From Felis catus (taxonomy: Eukaryota): DNA of 64,000 bases. The stretch is from positions 176,020,001-176,084,000 of the forward strand of contig NC_058368.1 of the NCBI RefSeq assembly GCF_018350175.1, written 5' to 3'. The notes beneath the pieces were generated by a model that saw only the letters and a program-made list of their open reading frames with translations, was not told the DNA's origin and did not search any database. Positions 58,105-64,000 of this stretch are shown in pieces (the stretch's first letter is position 1; every line of letters starts with the position of its first letter). A program made the position numbers and the translations under genes.

Positions 58105-59889
58105 ACAGATAAACAAACAGACGCCCAGAGATTAAGCAACTTCCCCAGGTCACGACTGCAGTTGCCGACAGATGACCTCAGGAATCCCCAGGACTAAGTC
58201 CTGGTTTCTCTCCTCCACGAGACAGGCATTCCTCCAAGGAAGCACCCGCGGCTTTTGGATTCTCTGCAGAGCCACATCAGGCCTGTCAATAAGTCACAAG
58301 CAGCAGTGACTCATCTGAAGACAAGATAAACAACAGGCAGGCCCGGTGGGGTGAGAGGCCCTGTTTCCTAGGAAGTTGCCTTCTGCAGGGCAGCGAGAGT
58401 ACACAGTTAGCAGGCAGGAACCCCTTCTGCAAACACCAGCACAGCAGTTTGCAGACAAAGAGAAAGTGCTGCTGGGACCAGAAATGGACAGCCGAGCTGG
58501 GAGCGGCAGTTATTTCAATCCTGAAAGGGCTTTTGTCAAGCCTGGGCTATGAGCCTGAGCATATAGAATTCCAAGCCCTTCTCTTCCAATTTCTCCAATA
58601 CCAGAAGGGAGAGTCATTCTCTGCTGCTCTAATGATAGTTATCTGCTGCCTTCCGTCTGAAGATCCCACAATGTCTCACTAACATTTCTAGGGAAAACTG
58701 CAGACCCTCGCAAGTGACTTTGGGACAGTCATTTCCTGCCCCTGAACCCCAGGTCTCAGAGGAGAAGCAGATGGTTCTCAGGGAGACGGAGGCACCTTGG
58801 CAGAGGGTAGAGGGAGCTTCCTGCCCCCGGAATCCGTCTTAGCCAGATCCGTCTGGATGCAATGGGCTCATGGGGACCAACCAAAGCCCAGAGCCCAGAC
58901 GGCCCAACAGGAAAGTAGCAGGTGGATCAGGGAGAGCCTGATAGACAGAAATAAGCAGAGGGCCAGACAGAGCACGTGGAGGCCAGCAGGAGGGACCCAG
59001 CCTGGGGCTCGGCACCTGCAAAGCCTTGGTCAAGGCAGGACCGCGTGCCCAGAAGGGAATCTGCTGTCAGGCAAGGGGTCCAGGCAGAAGTTAGTCAAGG
59101 CTTGGTCATCAGGAAACAGGCCTGCTGAGTTCTAGGTCAGAGTGAGGTGATACAACGCTGACTCGGCCAGAGAGACCTTAGAGAATTTTCATATTCCCTG
59201 ACAGGTCACAGGACTGATGCCTGAGCCTGCAGTTGAAGCAGCTTCAAGAGTTCACGGACCTCAGGACAGAGAGCCCCGGAGGCAACTCGCGAAGTGGCAC
59301 CTGCTCAGCTAGCTCCCTCCCGTCCCGTCCCACTGCTTACAGGTCTTTCTTCTCCACATCATCAGATTTGCAAGTGACCTGCAAACCAGTCCTGAGTCCG
59401 TGACAGCAGCCAGGACAAAGCCCTGCTCATGCATCACCCCTTCCTGGACTCTCCCAGCTTGAATGGGCCTTCCTAATGCACGAGTTTTGTCTCTGACCCA
59501 ATTCAAATGTTCTATTGTTATTTTTAAATGACTTACCCTCCCTCCACCCCACCACCCAGCACATTGCCACTTGCTCAGAAGAGCCCAGTAAATATCTTTT
59601 GTTTTTTACTTGACTGAAACTCTAGTCAAGGAAATTTCAAAAGAACTGTATGAGAAAATGACAATACACAAATAGGCACAAAAGGACGTCATGCAAAAAG
59701 TTGTAAATTCTGAGGAAGCATTGAAAAAAATAAGTGAGTCAGACAGAGGAACTGTTAATCCTGGAGAAGGTGAGTTTTGAACCAGCCAGTGGGAGAAAAA
59801 GAGTTTGGACTTATATATTAGGGTTATTTTGATTCAAGCAATAGTAATCTAATTCAAAGTAGCTTAAGCCAAACAAGAAAAGAAAAAGA

Positions 59890-60095
59890 GGGGCGCCTGA
59901 GAGGCCCAGTGTGTTAAGACTCTGACTCGTGGTTTTGGTTCAGGTCATGATCTCACCGTTGGGGGGTTGGAGCCCTGCATCAGGCTCTGCGCCATCAGCA
60001 CAGAGCCTGCCTGGGATTCTGTCTCCCTCTCTCTCTGCCCTTCCCCCGCTCGCTATCTTTCTCCCTCAAAATTGAATAAACATTTAAAAAAGAAA
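59890..60095 (+). mobile_element. Older Can-SINE
   Basis: ggggcgcctgagaggcccagtg head, (CT)n region and A-rich tail. Confidence 0.85.
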
Positions 60096-60511
60096 AAGGA
60101 AAAGGAAGAAAAGAAGGAAGGAGAGGAGGGGTGAAAGAGAAAACAATAGAGGTCACTGTATTGGCTCAGGAGATGGGATGTACGCGTGGCTAGATCCAGA
60201 TGCTCAAATGATAGATTGTCAGGAACTGCCTCTCTCCATTCCGTTCTCCTCGGTGTTGGCTTCATTCCAAGGCAGGTTCCCTCAAGAGTGGCTTCCTACG
60301 CTCAGATCTGACAGTTTTGCCACCCCAGTAGGAAGACAGCAGGTAGTTGAGGAGGGATTTAAAACAAAACAAAACAAAACAAACAAGCAAAACACTGTGG
60401 CTGTAAAGAAATTAGAAACGGATTTGCCAAAGCAGCTTAACGTGGCCTACGCTAATGCATGTCTCCTTGGTCTACCTTGGGATACAGATTCACCCCTGCA
60501 CCAGCAAGGTA

Positions 60512-60610
60512 TGGTGCTCTGATTGGCCAGACTGAATCACGGCATGCTGCTCTGATTGGCTAGGCTGAGTCAGGGTGTGGGGCTCTGATTGGCTGGGCAG
60601 AGTCACGGAC
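60512..60610. repeat. 3 x 33-bp tandem repeat, each unit containing GCTCTGATTGGC, within an old MLT1-like LTR
   Basis: Identical 12-mer at 60516, 60549 and 60582. Confidence 0.85.
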
Positions 60611-62526
60611 CTGGAATCAGGAAGCTAAGGCCAGCCCCACCTTAATCGGTCGGTGGCAGATTTCCCCAAAGAAGTCAAGACGTGCTACCAAAGAGAAAGG
60701 GGAATGGATACTAGGCATCGAAAATCAGCAGAACTCTTACGGGCACGTGGTGGAGGAGCGGAGGGAGGCTGGGCAGACTTTATACCAACCGTTCCTGCCT
60801 CCGGGGCCCAGCATTCTAACAACTTCCCACCCTCCGAGGCAGTCATACAAAGGTACCGACCTCCCTGCTTCCCCACAGGAGATTCTCAAATGAAAGCTGA
60901 GGTTCCTGTCGAGAGCTTGGGGCTCCCAGAGGAGGGATAGGTCTGTCCCGCGCCCCTTCAACCCCTTGCCCCCCGCCACGTGCTCTGGCCAAGACTCCCA
61001 GCTGTGGAGTCTCCCAACCTTTCGGGGGAGGCCTGCAGGTGTCCGAAGGCGACCCCGGGGCCCAGAGCTCACACCTGCAGCCTCTGAGGGCCACCAGATC
61101 CCGCCAGGACCCTCCCAGCAGCAGGCTCACGGATGCTCACACGTCATTCCAGCAGAGCCGATTCCTCCGGGAGCCGAGAGAAGTGCATCAGCAGCTTTAG
61201 CTCTGCCATTCCCTTACACGTATTTAACCTCCTGGACGCAAGAATTCAATCTGGCTTGTCTGCCTCTCCCCACGGACCTCAGAATCCAGCCGGAGCCAGT
61301 ACGTCACACTTCCTGCAGCAGCCCGAGGGTCAGGAGTTCAGCCATTGAGCCATTGCCTGGGGAGCGGGGGGTCTTAATAAGCATTACATCCTCCCCCAAA
61401 GCTCCAACAGCTGTGTTTCCCGCTCGGAAGGAAAGAGACCAAATAAAGCAGCAGGACGAATTACGTGTGCAGAAAAGCGCAGCGTGGGATTCCGAGTCCA
61501 AAGGTCAGACTCTGGGTTATGATTTCCAGCAGGTCATTCCTTCGTTTCTGCCTCAGTTTTCCCATTGGGGCGGTGGGAGTGAGAAAGATCATTTCAAGGA
61601 AGTGAGCCAGGCTTTGATAAAGTAGGAGATTCTCCATCCAGGTTCTGCTGGGTCCAACAGGAGCCCCAAACCAAGCCAACCATTTTTGTAGAGAACTTTC
61701 TGGACTCCCAACCCCGCCGTAGGAGAGAGAACCGTGGTCTAGGGCAAAGCAGGACAGGCCAAAGTGTCCCGAAACTCTAGGGCCTAGGCTCCTACATTGC
61801 ATCTGGGAACACCAAAGCGAAGGGAGCCCCTGAGGATTCACAACCTGCCACTCAGAGCATTTCATGTATTTATAAAGACAGCAAGAACCAGGGAGATGGA
61901 GAGGCTACAAAGTTGAGGGAGAGGGTTGAAAAGAACTAAATATATGACTAGGTCAGAACAGGCAAGAGGGAGGTGGTTGCTGGCTGTTAGTCTAGAACTC
62001 AAAAGTTATTTATTTAAAAAAAAATAATGATAATAAGAGAGAGAGAAAATTTTAAAAAGTCTGTATAAAGCACCTTCTATGCCCCAGGCTTGGGAGCATA
62101 CAACTAATTATAAAAGACAGCCCACTTGGGAGCAAGGCGGACTATAAGGCCTTTGTGCACCAGGTGCTTCAAAAGGACAGATCTAACAAAATCACTTAAA
62201 TGGGAATTAGGGCAAGTCCTGGCAATTGTATTAGACGATTTTGCTTGCCAGTGGCAGCAGCCCAATTCAAACCGCTTTAAGCCAACAAAGGGAATTTATT
62301 GGCTAAAAAGGTCAGGGTTGCAGCTTCAGGCATAGTTGGATCCAGGCTCAAACGGTGCCATGAGGACTTAGCCGCCTCCTCTCCATCTTTCAGACCCGAT
62401 TCTCTCCATGCCAGCCTCCTTCTAGGATGCCATGTGGCATCCCTTGGATGCTGCAGGCTTACAGCCTCCTTCCTACTGGCAGTCACAGAGGAAAAAAATT
62501 TCTCCTTCCCAAGGGTTCTCGTTGGC

Positions 62527-62528
<2 letters not shown>

Positions 62529-62570
<42 letters not shown>
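62529..62570. repeat. (GT)n microsatellite
   Basis: About 21 GT units. Confidence 0.97.
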
Positions 62571-62574
<4 letters not shown>

Positions 62575-64000
62575 CACAGTCACTGTGGCCAGGGAGAAGA
62601 AATACACTGATTGCTCAGAGCAGAGCCATGTAGGGAGTATCCGATACAAGGATTTGGAGCTCTGAGAGGAAGGCCTGGACTGGAGACTTAAAAGGGATTC
62701 GTTGGGATAAAGATAGAGCCAGGGTTGCCAGCTTTGCCACTGCCCAGCTGTGGGGCCTTGAGGGGGTCAGAGTCCCCCTGTGAACCTGTTTCCTCATCTG
62801 TGAATGGGGTTAACAGTGCCGGCTACAGAGGACTGCTATGGAGATAGAGCGAGATAATCTATGTAAGGTGCCAAGCACAGTGCACTCAACAACAGTAATG
62901 CTATTCTTTTTTCTATTTGCCACTTGTTTCTCACTTTATTTCCCTTTTCTCTGTTTCTACCTTAAGACTGCCAGAGACTTTGCCACCCTTCAGCATTACT
63001 CAGTGCCCCGGGAAGTGCTGGAGGTGGAGAGACGGCAGGGGGCTGGGAGCGTAGGGCCTCGTTGCACCCATCTCTCCATTGGCTTCAGCGTGTTCCATCT
63101 CGCAGCCGCAGCCTGGGAGGCAGGGCTGGGGCATGCCAGGTGCCCTGGAGGGGCCGAGGCCGGGGTTGGGTTCCTAGGGATCTGGGGCTGGAGCAGGAAT
63201 TTCCACCCAAGCCATCATGAGCTATCAAGAACCACAAGGCCAGGAAAAGGACCACCAGGAAAGCCAAATGCAGAGCCTCCAAACACGCATCTCTGGCTGG
63301 GAAGCATCAAGGTGGGAATGGGGTTGGGACTGCCGGGGAAGAGTGGGGAACAGGAAAGGGAAGCAGAGGGAAGGGACAGAGAAGTGACCTTCGGAATCTG
63401 ACCCTCACTAGAGGCCGGGGAAACACAGCCCGGCAGCTCTCGGGCCAAGTCCAGGCCATCCCTGAGTTCTGAGAGGCTGGAGAAATTCTTTGAATTCGGA
63501 AAAACATCAGGATAACTCCACCCACTGTTCCTGGAAAGGGCCACACGATGACAGCAATCACGGCCCAGATGTGGGTGGGAATCCAGTGAGGAGCAGTCAC
63601 AAGGAAGAAAGAGCAGGCCACTGGTTTGGGGAGGCCATCCCCAAAGCCTCACAGGTCCTTCCTTCCCTTTTCTCGCCTCCTCAAGAGATTCTTGTCACTG
63701 AGAACCTCCCTCCAGACCTTCCCAAGTGCAGTCAGAGCAAGCCGAGCAGGGGAGATGTGCTCTACCAGAGGGTCTGCAGGAGAGCAGGTGTGACAGATGA
63801 CTCCGGCTTCCTGTCGTTTCTGGGTTGCAGGACTTTGAGCCTCATCTCCCAGTTTGGAGGGTTGGAATTAGCACCTGTCCCCTCAGACCCGTGCCGGGCC
63901 CCAGGTGGGAGCAAGATACGGCAGAGAAGGCAGTGAGAGCCATGAGCCTAGGGAAGCTTCTGGGCTCCCCCACTGCTCCACTCACCAACCACAGGACCTA

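Noticed and set aside
735..58139. Recurrent ORFs with motifs like MAQSVKRPTSAQVMISRSVSSSPASGSVLTAQSLEP and AVREFEPRVRLWADGSEPGACF
   Set aside because: These are translations of Can-SINE copies, not a gene family
846..60095. tRNA-like A/B boxes in SINE heads
   Set aside because: They belong to tRNA-derived SINEs; no stand-alone tRNA cloverleaf was seen
1..64000. A novel multi-gene system, CRISPR array, rRNA or foreign insert
   Set aside because: None seen; the window is explained by STC2, common mammalian repeats and unique non-coding DNA

Overview
Mammalian genomic DNA, almost certainly from a felid (18 carnivore tRNA-derived SINEs, including young SINEC_Fc-type copies). It contains one protein-coding gene, STC2 (stanniocalcin-2), on the + strand. 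The CDS has 4 exons, join(34045..34195, 36283..36425, 38942..39153, 44237..44639) = 909 nt, encoding an intact 302-aa protein; all introns are GT-AG. The gene has a two-part CpG-island promoter and a ~3.1 kb 3'UTR with proximal and distal polyA signals. The flanks are ordinary intergenic DNA (SINEs, MIR, L2, old L1, MaLR/ERVL LTRs, MER DNA transposons, microsatellites). Nearly all other ORFs in the supplied track are spurious. I see no new gene or novel multi-gene system. The most interesting signals are regulatory or structural: six same-strand C/EBP-ATF (ATF4) elements around the promoter, one resembling the bipartite ASNS NSRE1/NSRE2 unit; HRE and XRE clusters; an in-frame uORF; a degenerate GT repeat packed with E-box/XRE motifs; an exact 33-bp triplicated CCAAT+AP-1 module inside an LTR; an STC1-like Glu105 next to the PAPP-A-contacting Lys104; and a four-level nested transposon. 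Repeat family names come from recognition by eye, not from a RepeatMasker run.
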